Shown here piece after piece: positions 13,801 through 26,822 of a stretch of 64,000 bases of DNA. The translations under genes and the position numbers were made by a program. The notes beneath the pieces are model-generated. The model was not told where the DNA came from and made no database searches. It worked only from the letters and a program-made list of their open reading frames with translations. This stretch comes from Paragordius varius (Eukaryota > Animalia > Nematomorpha): positions 3,782,001 to 3,846,000 of the forward strand of contig OZ176057.1 in NCBI GenBank assembly GCA_964247055.1, written 5' to 3'. The first letter of the stretch is position 1, and the number at the start of each line of letters is the position of its first letter.

Positions 13801-16800
13801 ACAGCTGAAATGACCATGGTCAAAAATTAAATATTCACTGACCTAGTCGTGACCCGGTCAAATGACCGGGTCATGACTTGGTCAGCATAACCCTAAACAC
13901 AACCGTTTATATCGTTTTCATCATGCCCAAAATAGTATCAAGTAGGATGCTTAAAAATTTTTTTGCTAAAAATTAAATTTTGAAAGTATGCCCTTTTTAA
14001 AAAATATATTTAGTCGATATCAAAATTTAGCATATAATTGAATTATTGCGCAATGTCGGAATTTTCGCGTTTATTTTATAAAATATTCCATTTTAAAAAA
14101 GCCAAAAAATTTGGGACTTTCAGCCCACATCTAAAAATTTAAAATATTTAAAAATATTGTTTTGCTTTTTATATGTCGTTTATGTTATATTTTAGTGATA
14201 TTTTTTGAAATAAAGCATTTAGTTTTCACCATAAAATGTATAAAAAATTGCGTACCTTTTGCAATTTTATAATAACTCGTGCACCATGATAATCCTCATA
14301 TTTACCTATCAGAATATATATTTCCAGGATAATTTTTTAACTGTGTAATACCATACTGATGGTGTAAAAACAGGCAAAATATGTTATTTTGTACTTCGTC
14401 AAAGTTTGAAATATCTGGTCACATTACTCTAGCTGAGAGAATATATTAAAAAACTAAGGTTTAAAAAATTGGACCCTATCTTTTGAACTAAAATATTTGC
14501 CATTTTAATTTTTACAATAGGGATAGAAAAGAGTATATTAGAGCCGTTTCTGTAAAATAGATGGCACAATAATTATTAAGTAAATGATTAATTTAGGAAA
14601 TTATAAAAAATCATTGAATTGGTTGGTTTGAATAGTATGTTATAAGTAGGCAAGCCAATTGAAGTATATGGATAATTTACTCTCTTTTTCCCAATTTTTT
14701 TTGACTTGTGTCTGCATTTTTATACTTTGTTCATTCATTCATTCATGACAAGTATTACCAATTTTTTAATTCTGTTTTCAATGGAAAATATGTACAAAGT
14801 ATTACAAATTATAATCAAGATTTAAGTATATTTGCCCATTTCTTTTATGTGACAATTCACTAAATACTTCATAAAGATATATAATGTAAATCCTAAAACA
14901 TACATGTTAAATTCAATGTTTTAACTAGGCAGGTAGGCCATTGTTTTAGAATAGTTAATGTCATAATGCTTTAAATATCAGCGCATTTAGAATTTATATT
15001 TTAGAGGAGTTTAGAAAATTGTGTTTCAAAAACAAATCTGCAATTTATAACCCTAACATGACTTTATATTCTTTATTTAATTTAAAAAGTAATATTCTTT
15101 ACGTTATATAACTTTGAAATGAACTTGGCAGGAATGTATGAGGCATGTAAAATAAGTAAGTTTAAGAGGAAAATTACTTGAACTCTCATTAGTTCACGCT
15201 TTTTTTGCAGTAAAAATTAAAATTATATGGACAATAAGACAACCATACTTTTTTAAACTTCATTTTTAAAAAGCTATCCTATGTTTTAAATTGCAAAATA
15301 TAAAATTGATATGTATATTAGTTACACAATCATTTATATATTTTACAATTGTAATTATATAATATATATGAGAAAGATTAACATTAAAGGTATATGGTTG
15401 TCTTTTAGAAAAAATATTTGTCTTAATATTTTTACTTTTTGTCTGTATATTTTCAGTTTTTACTGTATTATATTAGATATGTTATGAATTTAAAGGAAAC
15501 ATACCTTTTAAACTTTACAATTATTATATAAATAAAATGGGTCATGTGTGTTGTACAAGTTTTTTTAAGCTGGTAAAAAAATTTTTTGCTTTTTTATAAA
15601 CATAATGTGTTAAACAACAATCCATACAGAAAATTGCAAAAATCCAGACAAATCCAACGATACAAATTGTACTTCAAATGGGTTTTCACCCCAAGATACC
15701 AATTCTATAACACCGGTGAATGAAAAGGCTCAAAATAATATTCATGGATTTACAAAAGCATCCCCTTGTAATAATTTTATCGATATAAAGACATCAGATA
15801 CCTATCATAAAAGTTGTTTTAGTTACGCTGAACAAAACATAAATCATTCTGTGATTATAAATGAAAACACCACCCTAAGTTTAAGTCAGAATCCTGAAAA
15901 TACGTCTATCTGCGACAATAATAAAGGGAATAAAGATGGTATGCAAAGATCTGCTTTTTCTGACGAAATTATTGATTTTGTCAATAAATGGTATGATATA
16001 ATTATGGTTTTATAAACATACTTTTTTTAAATTGATCAAGTCTTTAAAATAGACCTAAGAAATTTATATGGCTAATAAAGTTATTCTTATATAGATAATA
16101 TTTACATTATATTGTTTTTTTAGAACAAATATATTAATATGGGATAAATTATTGCATATTTTAATTTTGATTAAATTAAGCAGCCTTTTAATTGTACCAC
16201 AAAGCTAATGTCTGAAAAAATAATTTTTTTCCATAAAAATTTATAATATTTTATGACTAAATAATTATGCATATATTTAGTTTGATCAAGGATGAAGCCA
16301 AACGACCAAAATACAATACTTTACTAGTAAATTTTAATATTCTTTCAAGTTTTTTAAGAAAGTCATAAAAATATTATAAATAAATTTAGTTATTGTTAAA
16401 TCATATTTTTGTTTAACATTATCTATATTACACTAAATAATTTTTTTTATAAAAACTAAACTAATTTTTATCAATAAAATATATATATTTAAATTAACTT
16501 TTGCTGAGCAACATGCATTCATTATATACCATTTAGAATTCCACCCTAAAAATAATGTTTGTGTTATCGGGCTAATATAACTCATTATTAACATGAAATA
16601 TATTATGGCTTAGTATTTTATTTTTTCAGTATTATTTTAATTTTTAAACAAAATTTTATTTATGAGAATTGTAAAAAAATATAGGTAATTTTGGATTTTA
16701 AAAAATACATAATCTATTTTTTAGGGCGAATTTGAATTGTTCGAGGGTTAATTTGAATTGTTAAGGGATTTATTTGATCAGGAAAATAAATGGTTTATAT

Positions 16801-17491
16801 TTTTTTGTTAAAAAATGAATAAAAAACAAATTGTGGGAAAAAATATAATTTGCATCATAACCCTTTTTCAAAAAATTATGTGTAAATTTTTTCGATTAAG
16901 AAACGTATATAATATATTTCAATAATTACTCGGGATTTAGTGAAATTTGAAAATAATAATTATAAATCACTAAATTAATTTTGATATTATATGTATATAT
17001 AATAAATTTGGGAATATGTTACATCCTTGAATGGTTAATTATTTGTTAAGGCCTTATTTCACAATTATATCAGTCTCTAATGTGCAAAAGTGATTGATAA
17101 TATACCATTTACACCTGAAATCCACCCTTGAACAATTTATTATATTCCTAAAAATAAATTCTGTTTTTGGCCTAATATAGCTCCTTAGGTTATTGAACAA
17201 ATTCATTTTTAAAAAATATAAAAAAATATAAGTATTCTTTTTTAATTAAAAACACATTTTGATTAGGGGTAATTTGATTTGGATTGTTTAAGGGTGAATT
17301 TGAAATATAAATGGTATGTGTATATATATTTATATATTTTTCATTAGAAACATGATTTTATTATTCAACACATGAAAGATCATTACAAGGCTGCTCTTTA
17401 CTTCAAACCTATTATAGAGAGTATGGTTTTAGCCAATAGCAATACCAAAAGTGAATACACTAGTCATCAAACACCTAGTCCAAATTTTTAA
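7808..17491 (+). CDS. MAP2K4: Dual-specificity MAP kinase kinase 4 (MKK4/SEK1), 11 exons, ~467 aa
   Basis: Exons 7808-7902, 7928-7979, 8011-8124, 8195-8314, 8590-8709, 8791-8842, 9294-9421, 11921-12092, 15630-15990, 16281-16326 and 17348-17491, all GT-AG and in phase. D-site KRKKLNIDF, GEIGRGSYG, AVK, HRDIKPSN, DFG, MKK4-type activation loop DSIAKTRDAGC, APER and SDVWSLG. Confidence 0.93.
9763..10888. mobile_element. Non-autonomous CMC-superfamily (CACTA/Chapaev3-like) element
   Basis: TIRs CACT(G/A)GACAACAAATTTT with one mismatch, flanked by a 3-bp TAA duplication (9760-9762 and 10889-10891). Located in MAP2K4 intron 7. Confidence 0.75.
10903..11194. mobile_element. Family-A 21-bp foldback element (A3)
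   Basis: TA|TACCATTTAC...GTAAATGGTA|TA with inverted 21-bp arrays. Confidence 0.85.
12435..14426. mobile_element. Non-autonomous Blackjack-like hAT element, copy 1
   Basis: TIR TAATGTGACCAGATA with a perfect 8-bp TSD CTCTAGCT. Homologous to 28709-30209. Confidence 0.9.
13376..13895. mobile_element. hAT MITE nested in the previous element
   Basis: Termini TAGGGTTGTGC...GCATAACCCTA, perfect 8-bp TSD AACACAAC and GGTCA/TGACC subterminal motifs. The sister copy has the empty site (~29631-29655). Confidence 0.9.
15208..15465. mobile_element. Tc1/mariner-type MITE family G (G1)
   Basis: CAGTAAAAA...TTTTTACTG|TA with internal inverted AAGACAACCATAC motifs. Confidence 0.7.
16527..16795. mobile_element. 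Family-A 21-bp foldback element (A4)
   Basis: TACCATTT start and inverted 21-bp units at the right end. Confidence 0.7.
17103..17316. mobile_element. Family-A 21-bp foldback element (A5)
   Basis: TA|TACCATTTAC...AAATGGTA. Ends ~30 bp upstream of the last MAP2K4 exon. Confidence 0.75.
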
Positions 17492-18559
17492 TCCTTTTTA
17501 CCATTCCTGTGCATAATTTATTTATCAATTTATCACATACATTCAATTTTTTATACAGATTTTTAAATCTATATAAAATATGTTAAAAGCTTTTTTTGTC
17601 GTCGATTCGATTTTTCGTTATCAAATTGTGTTGTGCGTAAAATTTTGCATTTTAGCTTTAATTTTTATGCTACTGTTCAAAAATTAAAATGCTCACAAAA
17701 AATATTTATAATTATTATTTAATGTATGAAATACATAATAATGTCTGGTCATAATTGAATATATTCTTATTAATATACATTCTCATATACCAAATATAAA
17801 TAGTTTTGATATAGTTTATTTTATCTGAAATGTTGATATGAGAGTCATATTTTGGGGGCTGTTTTTGAATTATAATGTGTTGAACAGATTTAAAAAATAT
17901 TCTTTTATGTTGGTTTTCTTAATTAAACTTCCTTATTTTATTATTTAATGTTCATTTTCAATTTTTGTCAAAAAATGCAATATAGTTTAAGGGGTTATAT
18001 TTATTATATTTACATTATATTCATATTATATTCAAAATAGAAAAAGTCGACCGAAACCAAAATTTTACTAAGTTTTTAAACCATTCGTTTTTTTCGGTTA
18101 TTATTTCTGAAATTTTGTAGCTTGCAAATGAACTCTATTTTGAGAATAGTTTTAGTAATTTAATTATCAAACCATTATATCGTTTGAAAAGCTTATATTG
18201 TATAGCAGTTTTTAACTTCAGTTGTAAAAAGTACTTACCAATATATACATTTTGCCTGTTGTTTAACGATTAAAACATTAAAGGAAATAGTGATGAAGTT
18301 TGAGATATAAATGTTTTTACATTTTAAAACCTAAAGGCTTAAGGAAGTAAATTTTAAAATTTGGCCCAATATCTTAATTATTGTTTAAAATCGCTTTTTA
18401 AAGGTAATAAAATAATATTTTATTTTTCTAATTAAAACATATTGCAAATATGCGCTAATTTTGCGAGTTTCGATATATAAAAGTTATTATAGTTGGATAT
18501 AATTTGTGAATAGATTTTTAAGTCCTAAAACCAAAGGCACTCAAAGAATGCTACTTATC

Positions 18560-18900
18560 TATCAAATACCAAGTGTAGTCAGTAATAAGTCATTACCGGT
18601 TTACTAAGAGAAGTTAGAAAAAAGTACGCAGACGATAAATTTGATACGGATCCCATTTCGTTCATCTAATACTGAACTACAAATATTCTCAATTTGAATC
18701 AGCCAAAATGTAGTGTCTCAAATATGAAATTCAATCATACCGATTTTGTGTCCCAATAAACATTTTTGCCGGTATTGCTTTTCATATATTCTATCAGAAG
18801 CCAAAAGATGTTGAAAGTTATCGTTTGTTGATATAATCAATTGGTGAAGATGCTCGATCAAAGTGTGTGGTATGGTTTTTGAAATTTAAAAGTTCTGAGT
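18560..18900 (+). mobile_element. Possible decayed mariner 5' end and transposase N-terminus
   Basis: GATTTTGTG...TTGCTTTTC...GGTGAAGATGCTCGATC...TGGTTTTTGAAATTTAAAAG resembles the mariner N-terminal coding pattern from memory. There is no intact ORF. Confidence 0.35.
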
Positions 18901-19211
18901 GAGAAGAGTGAGCACTTTTGTGCACAACTGAGAATACGATTTCAAGGGGAGAAAGCCCATTTAAGGGCGGAATGAAAATTTGAAACGATTGAAGTCAAAA
19001 TCTTAAAATTAATTTATAAAAAATATTCTATTGCTAACATATATATCATATATTTTATGGATATTTTTTGGAATTAAAGTTTTAGTATTCATCAAAAAAT
19101 TTGATTTAATTCTGCCCTTTTACGATCTCACAGTTACCACAAAAGTTTAAAAAATTGTCTTAAATGAATCGTAGGGGCCAAAACCGGCACCATGAGATCA
19201 TGATACATTTA

Positions 19212-21748
19212 TCTATCATATATATATATATATATATATATCATACATCTCAAGATATTTTTTATTCCCCCAATTTCGTGTACCTTAAAAATAATTTTGA
19301 ATATCCCCATTGAAAAACTTTTGCACAAACAACATATATTTGGAAATGAAACTAGGTGATTAATCAAACAGGTTTAATTATAACAAGATTCTAAGAGTTT
19401 TCTGAAAATTAAATTTTGACAGAGGTCGAAATGAATTTTTTAGGTAATTAACCATAAAATTATATTCATTTTGTAAGCGCATTCAAGGCTAACATTTTAA
19501 GAAATAGTATCTGTATATCACAATCAGCAATAGATGTTTAAATATTAAATATTTATAAATCTTTTCCCTGTTTTTTTGCTTAAACCATAGACATTTTTAT
19601 CGAGCTTTAGGTAAAACAATTTCTTCACTTCTTACTATACCATGGTTATTGGTTTAATATACCCATACAGCCAATATATGATTGTTACTGCAATCTATCT
19701 ATTTATTTTTAAAAATGGAAAGTGGTTGTTTTTTCCGGAAAACCGGTAGACCCATTCAAATCCAAATATCCAATAAATATAATCATTAATAAATGCCCCG
19801 ACAATAGCTTCGCCCTATTTTTGAATTAGGTCCCCAGTTCGGAAACGGTTTTTTTGAAAACACAAGTCCATAAAAATCATGTATTCGAGACAATTTTTTC
19901 TGAAAACGTGTTGAACCCTTTGATTGCAAATATGGTTTTTTTTACTTATTAATTGCGCCGAACATAGTCGGCTGGCTTTTTAAATTTAGGCCCTCTTTTT
20001 ACCCGCTCCCCCCATAAAATGCCATTTTTTCCAAAAAATAAAGTCCGCAAAAATAATTTTTTGAATCTATTTTTCGCCCAAAGTATGAGACCGTAAAATT
20101 TAAATGATGGTTCCAGATATATCCTGTTAAAAGGTAAACATTTCAGTCATGCGTTTTTTATATTGGCTGTTGGGTAAGGAGATATCCGCTAAAAACTGCC
20201 CCATCATATCGAAATAGCGTGCTTTTGGGGCTGAATTTCAGAAAACCTATCAGGCCATATGAGTAATCGGTGCTTAAAATATTACCCGTAACAAGACAAA
20301 AATATAGGCGGTTTTTTAAAATTAGTCTTTAAATAGGCCCTTCACGCCCTAAAAAGAACTATAATTGAACTATTATTTAATTTTGAAGCCTTTCTAAACG
20401 ATTAAGAACACATGGAATGAATGATGATTCCAGATATTCCCCTATAAGGGCAAAAAAATTCTCGAACATCTTTTTTATATTGGCTTCCGCCAACAACTGC
20501 CCCACCATATCGATACAGTGTGTCTTTGGTGGCAAATTTTAGAAATCTTATCAGGCCATATGAGTTTATAATTACCCGTAAAAAGTCAAAAATTTAAGTA
20601 GAGCGGTTTTATGAAACTACTCCTTTATTAGGCCGTTGCTCTGAAAAATGCGCCACGATAGAATAGATTTTTGGTTTTGAGGCAATTTCTCGATAATCCC
20701 ACGAGATAATATGGAATCAATCATGATTCCAGTTATTACCCGAATTAAGGTAAAAATTTTAATCCATTTTTTTTGTTTCGCCTCTGGTTAGGAGGCTACC
20801 CGCGTAAAACTGCATCAGCATATCGATACAGCATGCCTTTGGAGCCAAATTTCAAAAAACCTACAAATTTAACAGGAACATATGAAATCCCTAATATTCC
20901 GGATATTTCCCTTATAAAGGAAAAATTTTGCCGAGCGCTTTTTTATGCCTACCCCTGGGTTAGGAGCTACCCGCCAAAAACTGCGCCACTATGTAGAAAT
21001 TGCGTTGTTTTGTAGCTAATTTACAGAAAATTTATAAAGCCATATAAGCTAATTAAAAGCCTGAAATATTACCCGTAACTAGGTAAAAAGGTCAGGCGTT
21101 TTTATTAGCCGATAATTTGGGGTTTTTATACCCTAAAAATACGCCATCATATAAAGATTATTAAGTGTTGATGAATTTTTTGAATAACCCATGAGACGAT
21201 GGTAGCAAAGATGATTCCAAATATTTGGCTTATAAAGGCAAAAATTTAACTCAGCGCTTTTTCCATATAAGTCTAGGGTAGGGGTCTACAGGTTTAAAAC
21301 TGAGACGCCATACAAAAATGACGTGGTTTTGAAGATAATTTCCAAAAAACCTAAGAAGCCATACGAGTTTAGTTAAAGACATTTCTGGGGAATTGGTATA
21401 ATATAATTCTTTCCTTTAAAAAGGGACCACAAATAATTTACTTTTATATTCCTTGATTCCCTATCTGAACACAATTCCAAAATAAAACTTTCAACCATGA
21501 TATATAAAAACAAAAATCATAAAATAATTCCAATAATAGTTGAATATTAATTTAAATAAGGGGCAGTTTAAATATGGTCGATTTCAAGTAAACAATATTT
21601 GAGCCTATACAATAACCAGTAAAAGAATAAGTAAAGACATTATTTTTATTAAATATGTTTTTTATTTTTTTTATCTTCTTACTTATTGCAAATTATTAAA
21701 AATTATCGGTGATACCACGTCACACCGAAGCGTGCCAGGGCCAGCTAG
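19212..21748 (+). mobile_element. Probable non-autonomous Helitron with internal ~300-bp tandem repeats
   Basis: A|TC start followed by (TA)n, a GC-rich tract ending CTAG|T at 21745-21749, and no TSD. Internal units are marked by GATGATTCCAGATAT-like motifs near 20105, 20423, 20722, 20895 and 21211. Confidence 0.5.
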
Positions 21749-22153
21749 TAATCATATATATAAATATATATATATATAAATTTATAAATAATATAAAAAA
21801 GATTTTTTTACATGCCATAATGTATTTTACATATTCCACAAAACAAAAAATAGGGATGTGGCACAAGGCTTAAATGGCAATATTTGTTTAAACAACCAAT
21901 TTATGTATTAGCAATGACATGCTTTTTTGCATGATCAAATTATATGGGATATTTTATATGATCTTTGATTTTTGCTAAATTATATCAATAAATTAGATAT
22001 ACATATGTGTATGATTTTATTAATAATTACACAGTTTTTATTTTTTGGCAAAATTTAAAAGCAGCGTTATAGATATAAAATTTATAGATCTAACAAAGCT
22101 CCATTGCAATTTAATTTTAAACTTATCCATATCATCTCTTTTAGAACAACTCA

Positions 22154-23040
22154 ATGATTTCCAAAACAATTTGCTTCTTATGGGCTTTAAGCCTCTTTGT
22201 AATAAATATGGAAATTATTAAAGGACACCATTACGAAGATTTTACAACAGTTACAAGTGATGGTAAGACATTTAATACTGATGAATGCACTGCTCAAAAA
22301 TACGAAAAACAAACGAATAGCCAGAATACTGAGAGCTCTGAGTTTTTGCAACAAACGGAAGAAACAACGCTAAATTCTGGTAAAGTTTTCAGTAACTTTG
22401 AGAAAAAGTAAATCTTTATAAAGACAAAACGTAAAAATGCAAAAGCATATGTTTTTACATAGACAATATTTTTTACCCTTGATGTATTATATATGATTGC
22501 AGTATAAAATTGAGTGTATTACCAATTTACATGCAACTCAAAAGTAGGTGATAATAGAAGAATTTAAGGTTATAAAATTGTTTTTGTTAAAAATTATTTC
22601 AAGGTTTTTGATAAATCTTATTTTTATGGCTAAATGATTATTAAAAAATCATTTTGGATTAAAATTGTTTATAGTTTTAAACCTATTAATTTAAATAAAC
22701 ATATATTAAGTTAACAACAACCAAATAAAATACTTTTTTACATTAACACATTTACGATCATACACAGCATTTTTTAACTAAACTCAATTCTTCAAACATA
22801 AAACTATTTTTGTTAACTTCTTTAAAAAACATTTTGTTTTCTTTAGCTAGTCAAAATATTAAATTACTTTAGAGATATTCTTTAATAAAAAAACTAATTA
22901 ATCCGGAAACTTAAATAAATTAATATTTATTCGAGGTAATGATTATGTGTGCTTATTAAATATTTAAATGCTTTAAAGAATACCTAAGTTTGAGAAAAAA
23001 AGGGTTTATTTGATTGAAAAGTCAGTTTGGTAGAAAAACC

Positions 23041-23109
<69 letters not shown>

Positions 23110-23795
23110 TATTAAATTATGATATTTTAAAAGATTCAAGTATATTGACCACCACAACCAACGGTTTATTTAGCCATTCCGATCATGTGACAGCACATGA
23201 CATCTCATGTTCAACCAATCATCGTTATTCGCATCATTCTTGTCACAATTTAGGAAGGAAAAAACAATTACGGGAAAGACACTTTGGCCAGGGCACGATT
23301 TTGCGCAAGCTACCCCCACCAATTATCCTTCATCCAAAACCTATTGTACAGGCACCTTTTATCATAAGACCGGAACCTATTCAACCAGAATCTATTATAA
23401 TACGTCCACAGGCTATTCAACCTGAGCCCATAGTTATAAAACCGAACCCAATTTACCCAGGAAAAATTGTGATTCGACCTCCACCCGTCATCATGAAACG
23501 CATGATTGTCCGATTTAAACCGGTTCAACCCAAAGCAATAATCGTCAAACCGGGACCAATTAAACCGCCACCACTGGTTGCTGGTGGCAACAGGGAATCA
23601 AGTACAATAGCTGATTGTGAGGGTAGTACCACTTCATTTGAGACAACTGAACGTTCAGAAAACGCTGTAAATTCTTATCGGTATCCAAAAAGGAGAGAAT
23701 GGGTAAATAAGCGTTGCTTGAATGTGGAACTCCAGAGAACTACCAGTCTGTCTAAAACTGAAAATAATTATAAGATTAGTGAAGATAATTTTTGA
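22154..23795 (+). CDS. Secreted protein (~295 aa) with a His-rich segment and seven 12-aa Pro/Ile repeats; putative extracellular structural protein
   Basis: Exons 22154-22379 and 23134-23795 join in phase 1. N-terminal signal-peptide-like MISKTICFLWALSLFVINMEIIKG. The repeat block is at 23322-23573. Confidence 0.75.
23044..23105. repeat. (TA)n microsatellite
   Basis: About 30 TA units in the intron of the secreted-protein gene. Similar tracts lie near 4180, 19220, 32108, 40830 and 60748. Confidence 0.95.
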
Positions 23796-23815
23796 ATACT
23801 GAATAGTATATGTTT

Positions 23816-24088
23816 CAGTAAAAACTGAAATTATACGGACAAAAAGTAATTAAAAAGACAAATATTTTTTTCTAAAAGACAACAAACCATACTTTTAACG
23901 TTAATTTTTATTATATAAATTTTATAACTACAATTGTAAAATATATAATTCATTGTGTACATACATATCAATTTTATTTTTTCCAATAACAATAAGTTAA
24001 CTTTTAGAAAATAAAATTTAAAAAGTATGGTTGTCTTTTAGAAAAAAAACATTTGTCCTTTTTTTAGGTTTTGTTTTAAATTTTACTA
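23816..24088. mobile_element. MITE family G (G2)
   Basis: CAGTAAAAA start and inverted AAGACAA..CCATAC / GTATGGTTGTCTT motifs. Confidence 0.7.
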
Positions 24089-24152
24089 TATAAATAAAAA
24101 TAAATAATAAGTTGATTCCTTTTAGATATAAATCGTCACTTATGTAATAAAA

Positions 24153-24330
24153 TACCATTTACAATTTAAATTCATCCTCAAACAATTCAAATTCATCCTA
24201 AAATAAATTATATGGTTTTTAAAGATTAAAAATTACCTTTATTTTTATATATTTTTAAAAAATAATGTTTAGAAAATCAAAATTATACCTAATAAATAAT
24301 ATAAACTAAACCATAAAGATATATTTAATG
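24153..24330. mobile_element. Family-A foldback element, truncated (A6)
   Basis: TACCATTTACAATT left arm plus spacer. No right arm. Confidence 0.65.
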
Positions 24331-25789
24331 ATAAAAACACTGCCCAACAAGGTTTTGAACAGGCCCATTTTTTGCATCTTCTGTTATTTAATGTGGAAAG
24401 GCCAAAACAAAAACATGAGGCCGCCAACAGGATTTTTTGAAAGTTATTTTTAAATTTTCGAAATTTTAAAATACAATTATTCCTCGTGTGATATATATTT
24501 AAATATTTACACGAGCAAGGCGATACAAGTGGTATTCCAAAGCCAGGTTTTTGATTATAATTTTAAAACGAAGTGCAAAAATGATCCAAATATACCAGCC
24601 CCAGTATACGATACCACAGAAGATTTTTTTCACGAAAGCACTGAAGGAAATGTTATTGATGATCCATATAATAAAACTTTATAAAAATGCCGTCGATCTT
24701 TATTATATTAAAATATAAACTGCCCAAAATTATTCCTGAGGTTTGTTATCTCTTTTGCACGAGAAATACGTCTTATAGAGCGGTCCTGCTATTCGACATA
24801 GAAATAAACTATATACAATAAATTATCATTATTAAATATTTTAATTTAAATGTATTAAATAATGAAATAGGAATATTTAAGAATATAGAATTAAATTAAA
24901 TTGCTAAGAGCTAAAGAGTGGTAAAAAATATAAAATATCTAAAAGGGCTAATGTATGGTGTGGTTTTATAGATCCGGGCGGCTTGCACAAGCTCTGCAAA
25001 AATGCGCCAAGCAATCCCATAATTATGCCAGATATGGTAAATGGTATACAATGAGTTAATCGTAGAACCGGAGAGACCTGCAGATAATATAATGTAGACT
25101 TCAGCAAAACCAGGGAAATCGACATGTCATATTAACCAATTCACAGAATAGAGTTAGACATATTCGACTATGAAATCGGATAAGAAGATTAGAAAGGTCA
25201 AGTATTCATATTATTGTAGTTCATAAAATTATGGTAGGATATCCATCATCCAGGTAATAAAAGTGGGTGCCCAACATCCATCTGATACTCAAATTATACA
25301 GCCAATCATTTTCAACATAATTAATACCACTAGGTATAAGTAACATGATTTGTAAGATGCGTCCGAAGAGAAAAACCCTAATAAATACTAAAAATAACCA
25401 AAACTAACAAAACAAATATAGCCTATCTAAAAAGCCGAGGTTTAAACTACAAAATGTTTTAGAATTTTTCTAATATAAATTTATAAATGTTTAATATTAG
25501 CTTTAAAAAAACATTAAATTTAACAGTTTTTTATCCCTCATATTTATACATATATTCAAAAGATATTGAAACGCTTTAATAATTGATATAATTATGATAT
25601 ATTAACTTTTTATTATAAAGTTATATTTAATTTTCTGCAGTTTAAAATTTATAAACCTGATTATCTCAAAATTCTGATTAGGCATATCAAAATTTTTTCA
25701 GATTTGGTTTTGGAACCCTAAAATCAGTCAAGATTCAAAAATTTGAGTAGTGGAGCTGGAAATAGTCCAAATTTTCGACTAGTGTAATC

Positions 25790-26012
25790 AACCATAATTT
25801 TTAAACGTTGATAATTTTAAATACAACTCATAGTTTTAAATTGCAAAGTACAAAATATTGATGTAAATTGGTAGCATTCTTATTAATAAATTTAACAAAT
25901 AAAATTATATAGTTTATATAGAAAACATCAAGGTTTAACTATGATTGTCTTTTAGAAAAAAATATTTGTCTTTATAGTATTACGTTTGTCTGTATAATTT
26001 TATTTTTTACTG
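25790..26012. mobile_element. MITE family G, partial (G3)
   Basis: ATGATTGTCTTTTAGAAAAAAATATTTGTC...TTTTTACTG|TA right end. Confidence 0.55.
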
Positions 26013-26612
26013 TAATTCTATTATATTTATATTTTCTTCGGCTTAATATACGATAGCGATTTTTTGATTTTGGATAATTTCAGAAAAATCTAAATAATTT
26101 TTTAAATATTTCAACCGCTGAAACTTTTTGCTATCAAAAATGATATATACATACAAAACATTACTCTTTTTAAACCGCCTTAATGCTGTAAAAATCATCA
26201 TTCTTGATTAAAGTGCTCAATAACGAGTGTCTGATGTATTTTTTTCTTCCATGTTTTGCGGTCGTAGGCCTCTCTTTAACACATTATTTTTTCGTTTTTC
26301 AAGATCTTCTAAGATTATTTTGGGTTATGTTTTAAAAGGGCGACCTAAGGCTTATAAATCTAATTTATTGCTGTACACAAATGTAATATATACTTATTTA
26401 ACACGCTCAAACAATTATTTATTCTTCATAAATATAATTCTAATATAGCGAAATTTATATCATGCAAAAGTATACTAAACAAATTATGTTGTGCGTTGTT
26501 TTCTACAAATATGTTTTGCATCACTTTTGGAAGAGATTAATACAGTAAAGTGTTTGAAAAGATAATTTAACTAAAAAGGGATTTTTTCAAAAAACTAAAC
26601 ACACAGTGTTTA

Positions 26613-26800
26613 CAGTATGCATTATGGTTGCTTAGTTCACAATGTAGTAGGGCAATTTGTGACACAGTAGTGTATGTATATAAAAAACAACAAATTGTTG
26701 AATAAATAATTATTTCCTTTCTTTTTTTTCCATACACTACTGTGTTGCAAATCGCACTACTATAGTGTGAAATAAGAAGCAATCATTAAAATGCATACTG
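26613..26800. mobile_element. Tc1/mariner-type palindromic MITE family D (complete copy)
   Basis: TA|CAGTATGCATT...AATGCATACTG|TA with long imperfect inverted arms. Confidence 0.8.
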
Positions 26801-26822
26801 TAATTTTACAATGTGTGTTTTA

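Noticed and set aside
24904-25125. 73-aa minus-strand ORF as a standalone gene
   Set aside because: No recognisable motif or consistent upstream exon. It is kept only as part of the unresolved island finding.
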